A DNA stretch of 30,147 bases from Burkholderiales bacterium. Lineage in GTDB: Bacteria; Pseudomonadota; Gammaproteobacteria; Burkholderiales; SG8-39. The DNA is taken from positions 1-30,147 of the forward strand of contig DASQYN010000028.1 of the NCBI GenBank assembly GCA_035639215.1, given 5' to 3'. Position numbers and translations under genes: made by a program. Below are positions 18,729 to 26,532 of the stretch, piece by piece. Each line of letters begins with the position of its first letter. The stretch's first letter is position 1. Below the pieces are notes generated by a model. That model was not told the DNA's origin and made no database searches. It worked only from the letters and a program-made list of their open reading frames with translations.

Positions 18729-18887
18729 ATGGACGCCAAAGCACTCGCCGACTTTGTGATGACCGCCCTTCAAGCCGGCGCCGCCACATTCGTCATCTAT
18801 GGCGGCTGGCTGTGCTTCCGGCAGGCCTTCTCGAGCAGCGAAGGCATGGAGACGCGGCAGGCAGCGATGAGATCGATTCACTTCTAG
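18729..18887 (+). CDS. 52-aa hypothetical small membrane protein (not in the ORF track)
   Basis: AGGAGG 8 nt before ATG. MDAKALADFVMTALQAGAATFVIYGGWLCFRQAFSSSEGMETRQAAMRSIHF has one hydrophobic segment. Confidence 0.6.
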   Translation: MDAKALADFVMTALQAGAATFVIYGGWLCFRQAFSSSEGMETRQAAMRSIHF

Positions 18888-18971
18888 GCGGCAGCCGTGG
18901 CGCTCGCCGTCAAACCGCCGAAACACTTGAAGTGGATACTCGTCAAACCCCTCTCGATGGCCTCAGACACC

Positions 18972-19196
18972 ATGAACACCATTTCCACCAGCCAGATCCT
19001 GCGCGTCGCCGCCGAGACCGTCGGCGGATGGCAAGCGCTCGCCCGTTGCCTGGGATGCCCGCTTGCTGAGCTCCAGGCGTGGATCGAAGGCGATGGCGCC
19101 GCCCCGTTCGCCGTCGCCCTGCGAGCCGCGCAGATTGCGTCCCAGGCGCAACGGCCCTCGTCGCCGTCGCTCGACGCTCGGTCGATCGCCGCCTAG
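18972..19196 (+). CDS. Small Cro/CI-like helix-turn-helix protein (74 aa; alternative ATG at 18957)
   Basis: LRVAAETVGGWQALARCLGCPLAELQAWIEG fits the GG-x2-LA-x2-LG-x7-W-x2-G Cro-like HTH pattern. Confidence 0.55.
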   Translation: MNTISTSQILRVAAETVGGWQALARCLGCPLAELQAWIEGDGAAPFAVALRAAQIASQAQRPSSPSLDARSIAA

Positions 19197-19213
19197 GCCT
19201 TTGCGGCCTGGCC

Positions 19214-19825
19214 CTAGCCTTTGACGCCGAGCTTGCGCAGCGCCTCGGCGCGGCGGCTGCGCGCCGATCGGTCCACCGCCGCGTAGAGGCTCGCGCCGTG
19301 GCTGTCCATCGCCACGAGCAGCGGGCCGAAGCCGCGTATCCGGAACTTCCACAGCGACTCCGGGTTGAGGTCGTCCAGGTCGACGTCCTCGATCGCTTCT
19401 ATCCACGTCGTCTCGAGCGCCGCGGTGCCGCCGATGATGGCTAGGTATGCGCCGCCCAGGTCCTTGAAGGATTGCAGGGAGCCTTCGCGCAGGCCGCCCT
19501 TGCCGATGAGGAGACGCACGCCGTACTGCTGCATCAGCGGCCGGGTGAAGCGCTCCATGCGGTCGCTCGTCGTGGTGCCGATGCATACCGGCGCGTAGCC
19601 GGTGGGATGGCGCGCGTCCTTCTCGACCTTGCGCACGTTTGGCGCAGTGTGGATCACCGCGTGACCGGAAAGCTCGAAGCGCGTCTTTCGCCCGCGGTCG
19701 AACATGTGGATCTGCGTCGCGTCGCGGATGCCGAACAGCGTGCCGTTGAGCGTTACGGTGTCCTGCACGCGCAGCGCCCGCGCCTGCGGCTCGCTGATCG
19801 GCATGTCGAAATCGTAATGCGCCAT
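19214..19825 (-). CDS. Fe-S hydro-lyase beta subunit (class I fumarase C-terminal / TtdB-like, 203 aa)
   Basis: G.L...RDA, GTTTS.RM, IGKGG and FGPLLVAMDSHG.SLY motifs. Confidence 0.92.
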   Translation of the reverse strand: MAHYDFDMPISEPQARALRVQDTVTLNGTLFGIRDATQIHMFDRGRKTRFELSGHAVIHTAPNVRKVEKDARHPTGYAPVCIGTTTSDRMERFTRPLMQQYGVRLLIGKGGLREGSLQSFKDLGGAYLAIIGGTAALETTWIEAIEDVDLDDLNPESLWKFRIRGFGPLLVAMDSHGASLYAAVDRSARSRRAEALRKLGVKG

Positions 19826-19827
19826 CG

Positions 19828-20484
19828 TCAGCCCTTTTCGCTTCTGTGCCGATCGATCCAGTATCCGGCGGCGCCGGTCACCAGCCCGCCAGCGAGCCCG
19901 ACCCAGGCGATCGCGGAGACGCTCGGCGGCGGCGGGCCGAAGGCGGCGCCGATGTAGGCGAGGACGAGAAAGGCGAGCAGGCCGTAGAGCGCCCAGTGCC
20001 CGGTGCGGTCGAGGGCCTGCGAGCCGGCAAGGTAGAAGCGGAAGCCGGCGACGAAGACCGCGCCTTCGACCAGCAGCGTCCCCGCGACCGAGTTCCACAG
20101 GCCGAAGCCGACCTTCAGGTCGCTGCCGGGCGCGAGCGGCAGGTCGGGCCGGTGCACCACGAGGTCGAGGAACCAGTGCGACAGCACGACGAGCGCGACG
20201 ACCGCCGCCGTGAGCCAGCGCCGGCGCACCGCGAAGTACAGGCCGCCGAAGACCAGCGCCCAGACGACGCTCATCAGCAGGCTGTGGCTCCACGGGTAGT
20301 GCTGGAAGTCGAGCGGCGTAAAGCGCGTGATGCCCGGCGCGATCGCCATCGTCTCCATGCCGGCGAAGAGGAAGATCGGCCAGAGGAGATCGACCAGCTC
20401 GCAGGCGATGAAAAGCGTGCCGAGCGAGACGGTGGGGGCAGCGCGCTTCGCGGCGAACGCGACCCCAAAGTGGCCGATGAACAT
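19828..20484 (-). CDS. Membrane-bound metal-dependent hydrolase (YdjM-like)
   Basis: MFIGH, DLLWP, PWSHSL and SHWFLD.VVH motifs with several TM helices. Confidence 0.7.
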   Translation of the reverse strand: MFIGHFGVAFAAKRAAPTVSLGTLFIACELVDLLWPIFLFAGMETMAIAPGITRFTPLDFQHYPWSHSLLMSVVWALVFGGLYFAVRRRWLTAAVVALVVLSHWFLDLVVHRPDLPLAPGSDLKVGFGLWNSVAGTLLVEGAVFVAGFRFYLAGSQALDRTGHWALYGLLAFLVLAYIGAAFGPPPPSVSAIAWVGLAGGLVTGAAGYWIDRHRSEKG

Positions 20485-21050
20485 CAGCCGCCGAGCAGCT
20501 GCTGCTTGATGTCGTCCTGCACCGGATGCTCGCCGAGCCAGATGCGCAGCAACGCGCGATAGAAGTCCTCGCCGGCGATCGGCTGACCGGCCGGCTGCCC
20601 GTCGATCGAGACGCGCGTCGCGCCGGCGCTCCAGTCGAGCGCGATGGTCATGCCCTTCTTCGCCTCCTTCACCTGCGCCATGATCGCCTCGAGCTGCTTC
20701 ACCCGCGGCTCGAGCGCCTGGTAGTCGGCCTCCGAGTGGTTGGCCTTGAGGCCTTCGACGAGCGCCTCCGAGAACGTGTCGGCGCCGACGTCGCGCAGCA
20801 TGTGGAGCGAAACCCGTTTCGGGCCGGCGAGCGCGAGCACGGCCGCCGCGTCCTTCGTCTTCTCCGGCAGGTAGAGGCCGATCACGTAGACCTTGAAGAA
20901 CAGCCGCTTGCGCAGGCCCGCGCCGTTCAGGACCAGCTCGCGCGCTTCCACCTGCGCCTTGTCGGCGAGCTGCACGCCGGCGACTTCCGCCGCTTGGCCG
21001 GCGAGCGGGAAAACCAGGAAGGCAACCAGGGCGAAGGCTCTAAAAGCCAT
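20484..21050 (-). CDS. Exported chalcone-isomerase-fold protein
   Basis: Signal peptide, LVLNGAGLR..LFFKVYVIGLYL and F..ALL.IWLG..PV motifs. Confidence 0.85.
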   Translation of the reverse strand: MAFRAFALVAFLVFPLAGQAAEVAGVQLADKAQVEARELVLNGAGLRKRLFFKVYVIGLYLPEKTKDAAAVLALAGPKRVSLHMLRDVGADTFSEALVEGLKANHSEADYQALEPRVKQLEAIMAQVKEAKKGMTIALDWSAGATRVSIDGQPAGQPIAGEDFYRALLRIWLGEHPVQDDIKQQLLGG

Positions 21051-21912
21051 ACTCGAGACCCGAGGGGCGGAAAGTGGCGCGCGCGCGGCGCGCGGAATGG
21101 CATTGCATGTTCACCGCCACCGGGTTCATGGTGATGTGCGTCGCGGCGGTCTCGACGTGCACGGCGAAGGCGGTGCCGTCTCCGCCGAGCCCCTGGGGTC
21201 CTACGCCGAGCCCGTTGACCGCCGCGGTGAGCTCGGGCTCGAGCCGCGCGCCCTCCGGATCGGCGCAGCTCGTGCCGAGCGCCCGGGTCGCCGCCACCTT
21301 GGCAAGGTGCACGCACAGGTCGGCCGTGCCGCCGATGCCGACGCCGACGATGGTCGGCGGGCAGGTCTTGCCGCCGGCGTCGAGCACGCAGTCGATGACG
21401 AAGCTTTTCACCGCGTCGACGCCCTCGGCCGGCACCGCCATGCGCAGCCACGAGTTGTTCTCGGAGCCCGAGCCCTTCGGAATCATCTCCAGGACGAGCG
21501 CCTCGTCCTCGCTGAAGTCGATGTTGATCACCGGCACGCCGCGTCCCGTGGAGGTGTGCTGGTTCTGGCGCGTCAGCGGATGCACGACCGAGGAGCGCAG
21601 CGGATGCTCTCGCGTCGCGCGCTCGCAGCCGCGGCGGATCGCCTCCTTCAGCGCGACGCCGTCCACTTCGACGCCGCGGCCGATCCAGACGTTGTAGATC
21701 GGGATGCCGGTGTCCTGGCAGAGCAGGTTGTCGGTCGACTCGGCCACCGCGATGTTGCGCATCATGGTGCCAAGCATGCGCTTCGCGCCGGCATCGCTCT
21801 CGCGCGCCGCGAGCGCGTCGAATCCCTGCTTCACGTCCGGGGGCAGCTGCTTCAGCGCCCGGATGTACAGCGCCTTCGCCGCTTCCTCCAACTGGCGAAG
21901 GTCGATCCTCAT
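21040..21912 (-). CDS. Fe-S hydro-lyase alpha subunit (class I fumarase N-terminal / TtdA-like)
   Basis: CQDTG, KGSGSEN, CPP..VGVGIGG, G.GPQGLGG and QCHSARR motifs; three cluster cysteines. Confidence 0.93.
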   Translation of the reverse strand: MRIDLRQLEEAAKALYIRALKQLPPDVKQGFDALAARESDAGAKRMLGTMMRNIAVAESTDNLLCQDTGIPIYNVWIGRGVEVDGVALKEAIRRGCERATREHPLRSSVVHPLTRQNQHTSTGRGVPVINIDFSEDEALVLEMIPKGSGSENNSWLRMAVPAEGVDAVKSFVIDCVLDAGGKTCPPTIVGVGIGGTADLCVHLAKVAATRALGTSCADPEGARLEPELTAAVNGLGVGPQGLGGDGTAFAVHVETAATHITMNPVAVNMQCHSARRARATFRPSGLEYGF

Positions 21913-21931
21913 CTGAGGTCGCTCATTTCAC

Positions 21932-22903
21932 TCATTTCACATGAATGTCGCGCTCTTTGACGACCTTGGCCCAGAGCGCGGTCTCTTCCTTGATCGCCCG
22001 GCCGAACTCCTCGGGCGTATTGCCGACCGGCGCGAGCCCCTGCACGTAGAGCCTGCCGCGCAGGTCGCTCGCCTGCAGCGCCGTCTTCGTGTCCACGTAT
22101 ACCTTGCGGATCACTTCCTTCGGCGTACCGGCGGGCGCGACGATGCCGAACCAGCCGGCGTTCTCGAATCCCGGAACCGTCCGGGCAATCGGCGGCACGC
22201 CCGGAAGTTGCGGCGCCTCGGTCTTGCTCGTCACGCCGAGGGCGCGCAGCCGGCCGCCGTTGATATGGCCGATCGCCGCAGCCACGTTGCCGACGAAGAA
22301 GTCGACTTCGCCGGCGACGAGCGCGGCGTGGCCGGGGCCTTCCCCCTTATAGGGCACGGCGAGCGCGTCGATTTTCGCCTGCCAGAGAAAATTCTCGGCC
22401 GCGAGATGCGTCTGCGAGCCGATGCCGGCATGGCCGAAGGTGAGCTTGCCGGGATTGGCGCGCGCGTAGTCGATCAGGTCCTTGACGGTCTTGAAAGGCG
22501 ACTTCGCCGGCACGGTGAGCACCTGCGGCCCGGACACCACGTTGGTGACGGGCACGAAGTCCTTTTCCGGGTCGTAGGCGAGCTTCGCGTAGATGTGCTG
22601 ATTCGCCGTGATCACCGACCCCGAGGGAAAGAATAGCGTGTAGCCGTCCGGCGTGGCGCGCGCCGCCTCCGCGGCGCCTACCCCGCCGCCCGCGCCGCCG
22701 CGGTTCTCGATCACGACCGTCTGACCCCAGATCTGTCCGAGCTTCTCGCCGAGCAGCCGCGCCGAGATGTCGGTGGCGCCGCCCGGCGGGAACGGCACGA
22801 TGAACTTCACCGGCTTCTGCGGCCACGACTGGCCCCACGCCGCGCTGCTCAGGACGAGCGCCGCAAGCGCCGCCCAGACTCTGCCGTTCTTGAAAACTTT
22901 CAC
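21932..22903 (-). CDS. Bug/TctC-family substrate-binding protein
   Basis: Signal peptide, PVKFIVPFPPGGATD, VPYKG and WFGIVAPAGTP motifs. AAGGAGG RBS. Confidence 0.93.
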   Translation of the reverse strand: MKVFKNGRVWAALAALVLSSAAWGQSWPQKPVKFIVPFPPGGATDISARLLGEKLGQIWGQTVVIENRGGAGGGVGAAEAARATPDGYTLFFPSGSVITANQHIYAKLAYDPEKDFVPVTNVVSGPQVLTVPAKSPFKTVKDLIDYARANPGKLTFGHAGIGSQTHLAAENFLWQAKIDALAVPYKGEGPGHAALVAGEVDFFVGNVAAAIGHINGGRLRALGVTSKTEAPQLPGVPPIARTVPGFENAGWFGIVAPAGTPKEVIRKVYVDTKTALQASDLRGRLYVQGLAPVGNTPEEFGRAIKEETALWAKVVKERDIHVK

Positions 22904-22922
22904 GGGTAAACCTCCTTCGCCG

Positions 22923-22928
22923 ATTCTA
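22923..22928 (-). promoter_or_regulatory. Putative internal -10 (TAGAAT) overlapping the upstream TAG stop
   Basis: TAG-AAT, followed by AAGGAGG and GTG 19 nt downstream. Confidence 0.45.
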
Positions 22929-23228
22929 CAGCGCGAGGGCGAAGGCGAGCCCGACCGCGAGCGCGAGCGCCGCGGCGGCCGCGGCGAGGCTCTTCTGCCA
23001 TTCGTGCCAGTCGAGCAGCTCGATCGCGAGAACGCGCAGGCCGGCGCCGAGATGCACGGCGAGCAGCACGACGATCCCCCACTCGGCCAGCTTGACGAGC
23101 GGCTGCTCGGTCCAGGCGAGGAACGACTGCAGCTCGAGCCCCTTGCCGAGCGCCCAGAAATGCAGCGGCAGGAAGGCGGCGAGCGCCAGCCCGGAGACCC
23201 GGTGCAGAAGGGCGAGCGCCTTGCTCAC
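22926..23228 (-). CDS. SdhC-like cytochrome b membrane anchor (100 aa)
   Basis: LHRVSG and VH...GLR motifs, three TM helices, GTGA coupling. Confidence 0.85.
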   Translation of the reverse strand: MSKALALLHRVSGLALAAFLPLHFWALGKGLELQSFLAWTEQPLVKLAEWGIVVLLAVHLGAGLRVLAIELLDWHEWQKSLAAAAAALALAVGLAFALAL

Positions 23229-23563
23229 AGGAACATCGTGAGCGCCGCGCGCAGGCCCATCCACGCGAGAAGCGCGGCGAAAAGGGCGAGCGCGATGTCG
23301 CGGCCGCGGCCGCGCCAGCGCAGCCACTCTATCGCGATGGCGCGAAGGCCAATCGGCGCATGCACCGCGACGGCGAGCACGAACACCGAGTAAAAGGCGA
23401 GCCAGGCGTGATTGCCGTGGGTGCGCGCCTGGATCTCGGCGGCCGAAAGCCCGCCGCGCACCGCATAAACGATCGTGGCGAGGTGCACCACGACGCACAC
23501 GCCGAGCACCGCCGCGCTTATGCGCTGCGCGAGCCAGAGCGTCGTCTCCGAGCGCGTGCTCAC
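23225..23563 (-). CDS. SdhD-like membrane anchor (112 aa)
   Basis: QRISA, VVHL and VHAPIGLR motifs, three TM helices, GTGA coupling to the Fe-S subunit. Confidence 0.85.
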   Translation of the reverse strand: MSTRSETTLWLAQRISAAVLGVCVVVHLATIVYAVRGGLSAAEIQARTHGNHAWLAFYSVFVLAVAVHAPIGLRAIAIEWLRWRGRGRDIALALFAALLAWMGLRAALTMFL

Positions 23564-24276
23564 AGCTCGCCCTCCAGCGCGGCCTTCGCGACGGCGCGCT
23601 TCAACCCCGCGATCGAGGCAGTAGGCGACAGGTGCTTCGGGCAGCGCTGCGTGCAGCTCATGTGCGTGTGGCAGGCATGGCAGCCGGCATCGCCGGCGAC
23701 CGCGCGAAGGCGCGCGAGGCGCTCCCGGTCCCGTTCGTCGTTGACCAGCGTCCAGGCGCGGTTGAGCGCCGCCGGTCCGAGATAGTTCCGGTTCCACGCG
23801 ACGACGTCGCAAGCGGCGTAGCAGACGCCACAGCCGATGCATTCGATTCCGGCGTCTACCGCTTTTCGATTCTGCGTCGACGGGGGGACTTTCGCGAAAT
23901 CATCGCTGCGTCCGCGATCGCCGGCGAACTGGCCCTTGGCGCTTGCCCACTTGTCGAAAAATTCGCGCATGTCGGTGACGAGGTCGCGGATCACCGGCAG
24001 ATTGCGCAAAGGCGCAACCGTCAGCTCATTCTTCTGGCAAACCCGGTCCACGTGCGTCCGGCAAGTCCAGCGCGGCGCGCCGTTCACCGTCATCGCGCAC
24101 GAGCCGCACATGCCGACCCGGCAGGCGTAGCGATAGGCGAGCGTCGGATCGAGCGCGCGCTGGATGTGGATGACCACGTCGAGCACGGTCTGGCTGGGAT
24201 GCCGCGGCACCGAGAAGGCCTGGAATTCGCCTTGCGCCGCTCCTCTCCAGACGCGCACTTTCAGGGTGGCGCTCAT
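23560..24276 (-). CDS. SdhB/FrdB-like iron-sulfur subunit (238 aa)
   Basis: CRVGMCGSC...C [2Fe-2S], CIGCGVCYAAC [4Fe-4S], CHTHMSCTQRCP [3Fe-4S type]. ATGA coupling. Confidence 0.95.
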   Translation of the reverse strand: MSATLKVRVWRGAAQGEFQAFSVPRHPSQTVLDVVIHIQRALDPTLAYRYACRVGMCGSCAMTVNGAPRWTCRTHVDRVCQKNELTVAPLRNLPVIRDLVTDMREFFDKWASAKGQFAGDRGRSDDFAKVPPSTQNRKAVDAGIECIGCGVCYAACDVVAWNRNYLGPAALNRAWTLVNDERDRERLARLRAVAGDAGCHACHTHMSCTQRCPKHLSPTASIAGLKRAVAKAALEGEL

Positions 24277-25349
24277 CGCACCGTCACCTGCAGGCGCTGC
24301 ACGGCATTGTTGCCCATGCCGCCACGGTTCCAGTCCGGCTCGAGCGGCTGCTCGGCCCCCTCGGCGTCGCCAGCGCGGCACGCGAGCTCGTGCTCGCCCG
24401 GCAACGCGTCCCATGTTGCGCGCCAGCGCTGCCAGGCGAAGCGCTGCGAAGGCGGCTCGACCTCGGCGGCGCGCCACTCGCCGTCGACACCGAGCTCGAC
24501 GCGCGTCACCGCCACTCCGGCCCCCGACCAGGCGCGCCCTTCGAGCGTCACCTTCCCGGCGTCCAACAGCCGCCGCCCCGTATACCAATCGGCGATGCCG
24601 GGGGGCGCGATGAGCGACTTCACGCGCGCGTGCCGCACCGGCGTACCCGCCTCTCCCGGTTGCCTGGTATAGCGATAGCCGACGACCTGCTGATAGCCAT
24701 CGAACGGCCGGTCGAGCGCTTCGATGCGCGAAAGCCATTTCACGCTCGCCATGCCGAACCACCCCGGAACGACGAGCCGGAGCGGCGCACCGTGCTGCGG
24801 GGCGAGCGGCTGGCCGTTCATCGCCCAGGCGAGCAGCACCTCCGGCTGCATCGCCTCGGCCACGCTCAGGCTGCGGCCGAAGTGATGCTCCACGCCCGAA
24901 TCGAAGCCGCGATCGGCGCCGAAGAAAGCGATTTCCTTCGCCCCGCCTGGGACCCCAGTGCGTTCCAGGACGGTACGCAAAGCGACACCGGTCCACTCCG
25001 CCGTGCTCACCCCGCCGTACCGCCACGGCATGCTCGGATAGCGCGGGGTGAAGCCGGCGCGGCCGTTTCCCGCGCATTCCAGCGTGACGCGCAGCGTCTT
25101 CGCCGGCATCGCCTGCAGGTCGGCGAGCGAGAACTGGCGCTCGCCGACCGTCAAGCGGTAGGCGGCGGCCTCGAGCCGCGGGATGTCGAAATGCGAGAGC
25201 GTGTAGTGCAGCCCGACCGGCGTCACGTCGTAGCGCAGCGCCTCGAGCGGCAGCGAGACGTGGCGCAGCGCGAGCGCCACCTCCTCAGCCGTGAAGGGGC
25301 CGTCGATATGCGCGCGCCGCTGGCGCTCGAAGAACGGATGCGGCTTCAG
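24273..25349 (-). CDS. Sulfite oxidase-family molybdoenzyme without heme domain (358 aa); start probably CTG at 25349
   Basis: Mo-ligand [12 protein letters not shown]...[18 protein letters not shown] and a C-terminal dimerisation domain. Confidence 0.9.
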   Translation of the reverse strand: MKPHPFFERQRRAHIDGPFTAEEVALALRHVSLPLEALRYDVTPVGLHYTLSHFDIPRLEAAAYRLTVGERQFSLADLQAMPAKTLRVTLECAGNGRAGFTPRYPSMPWRYGGVSTAEWTGVALRTVLERTGVPGGAKEIAFFGADRGFDSGVEHHFGRSLSVAEAMQPEVLLAWAMNGQPLAPQHGAPLRLVVPGWFGMASVKWLSRIEALDRPFDGYQQVVGYRYTRQPGEAGTPVRHARVKSLIAPPGIADWYTGRRLLDAGKVTLEGRAWSGAGVAVTRVELGVDGEWRAAEVEPPSQRFAWQRWRATWDALPGEHELACRAGDAEGAEQPLEPDWNRGGMGNNAVQRLQVTVR

Positions 25350-26515
25350 GCGCTTTCGTACAGCCTGGTCAGGACGAACTCGCGATGGCCGAGCGCCTCG
25401 GCGGCGGTGAGGCGGCCGTTGGCGGTGCGGAACAGGCACTCGAGCAGCTTGTCGCCCGCCTGGTCCGGCGTCAGCTCTTTCCTCAGCAGCCCGGACACGT
25501 CCACGTCGATGTGCTCCGACATCGTGCGCACCGTGCGCGGGTTCGCGCACAGCTTGATCACCGGCAGGATCGGGTTGCCGATCACATTGCCCTGGCCGGT
25601 GGGGAAGAGATGCACCGCGTAGCCCGAGGCGGCGCACAGCGTCACCATCTCGGCGGCCGCCGAAGAGGAGTCCATGAACCAAAGGCCGGGGCCGGTCGGC
25701 GTCTCGGCCTTGTCGAGCACGCCGTCGACCATGCACTTGCGGCCGATCTTCTGGATGTTGCCGAGCGCCTTCTCCTCGATGGTCGTGAGGCCGCCGGCGA
25801 TGTTGCCCTTGGTCGGCTGCGAATCCGAGAGGTCGTTGGTCTTGTGGCGGTTGATCACGTCCTGATAGCGGTCGAACATGAACTGGAAGCGCTTCCTCAC
25901 CTCGTCGTTGCGGCAGCGCGCGGCGACGAGGTGCTCGCCGCCGGTGAGCTCGGTGGTCTCGCCGAAGACCAGCGTCACGCCGTGCGGGTAGAGCTTGTCG
26001 AAGGCGTTGCCGACGGTCGGATTCGAGCCGCAGCCGGAGGTGGTATCGGACTCGCCGCACTTCGTCGATACCCAGAGGTCCTTGAGCGGCCGCTCCTCGC
26101 GGCGCAGCTCGCTCGCCCATTGCACGAGCTCCTTGGCCTTCTTCGAGGCGCGCAGGATGGTGTCGTGGTCGCCGTGCTGCTCGATGCCGAAGTAGGCGAC
26201 CGGCTTGCCGGTCGCCGCGATGCCGTCGGCGACCTTCTTCGCCCACTGGTCCTCGATGCAGATGACGATCACGGCGGCGACGTTCGGGTTGGCGCCCGTG
26301 CCGATCAGCGTGCGAAAGTGAAGGTCGAGGTCGGCGCCGAACTGCAGCCGCCCGTAGGGGTGCGGCAGCGCCATCGTGCCTTTGACGGCGTTCTCCACCG
26401 CCCGCGCGGCCGCGTTCGAGAGATCGTCGACCGGCAGGATGATGACGTGGTTGCGGACGCCGACGCGCCCGTTCTCGCGCTTGTAGCCCCAGAAAGTCGC
26501 TTTCGAAAGTTCCAT
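25346..26515 (-). CDS. suyB: (2R)-sulfolactate sulfo-lyase beta subunit (UxaA family, 389 aa)
   Basis: [54 protein letters not shown] and [10 protein letters not shown]. These match the SuyB subgroup as recalled. Directly follows a SuyA-type SAF subunit. Confidence 0.88.
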   Translation of the reverse strand: MELSKATFWGYKRENGRVGVRNHVIILPVDDLSNAAARAVENAVKGTMALPHPYGRLQFGADLDLHFRTLIGTGANPNVAAVIVICIEDQWAKKVADGIAATGKPVAYFGIEQHGDHDTILRASKKAKELVQWASELRREERPLKDLWVSTKCGESDTTSGCGSNPTVGNAFDKLYPHGVTLVFGETTELTGGEHLVAARCRNDEVRKRFQFMFDRYQDVINRHKTNDLSDSQPTKGNIAGGLTTIEEKALGNIQKIGRKCMVDGVLDKAETPTGPGLWFMDSSSAAAEMVTLCAASGYAVHLFPTGQGNVIGNPILPVIKLCANPRTVRTMSEHIDVDVSGLLRKELTPDQAGDKLLECLFRTANGRLTAAEALGHREFVLTRLYESA

Positions 26516-26532
26516 TTGCGTTGCCACCCTCG

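Noticed and set aside
25290-25349. Tat signal (RQRR) at the sulfite oxidase N-terminus
   Set aside because: No S/T-R-R-x-F-L-K consensus and no hydrophobic h-region after the arginines.
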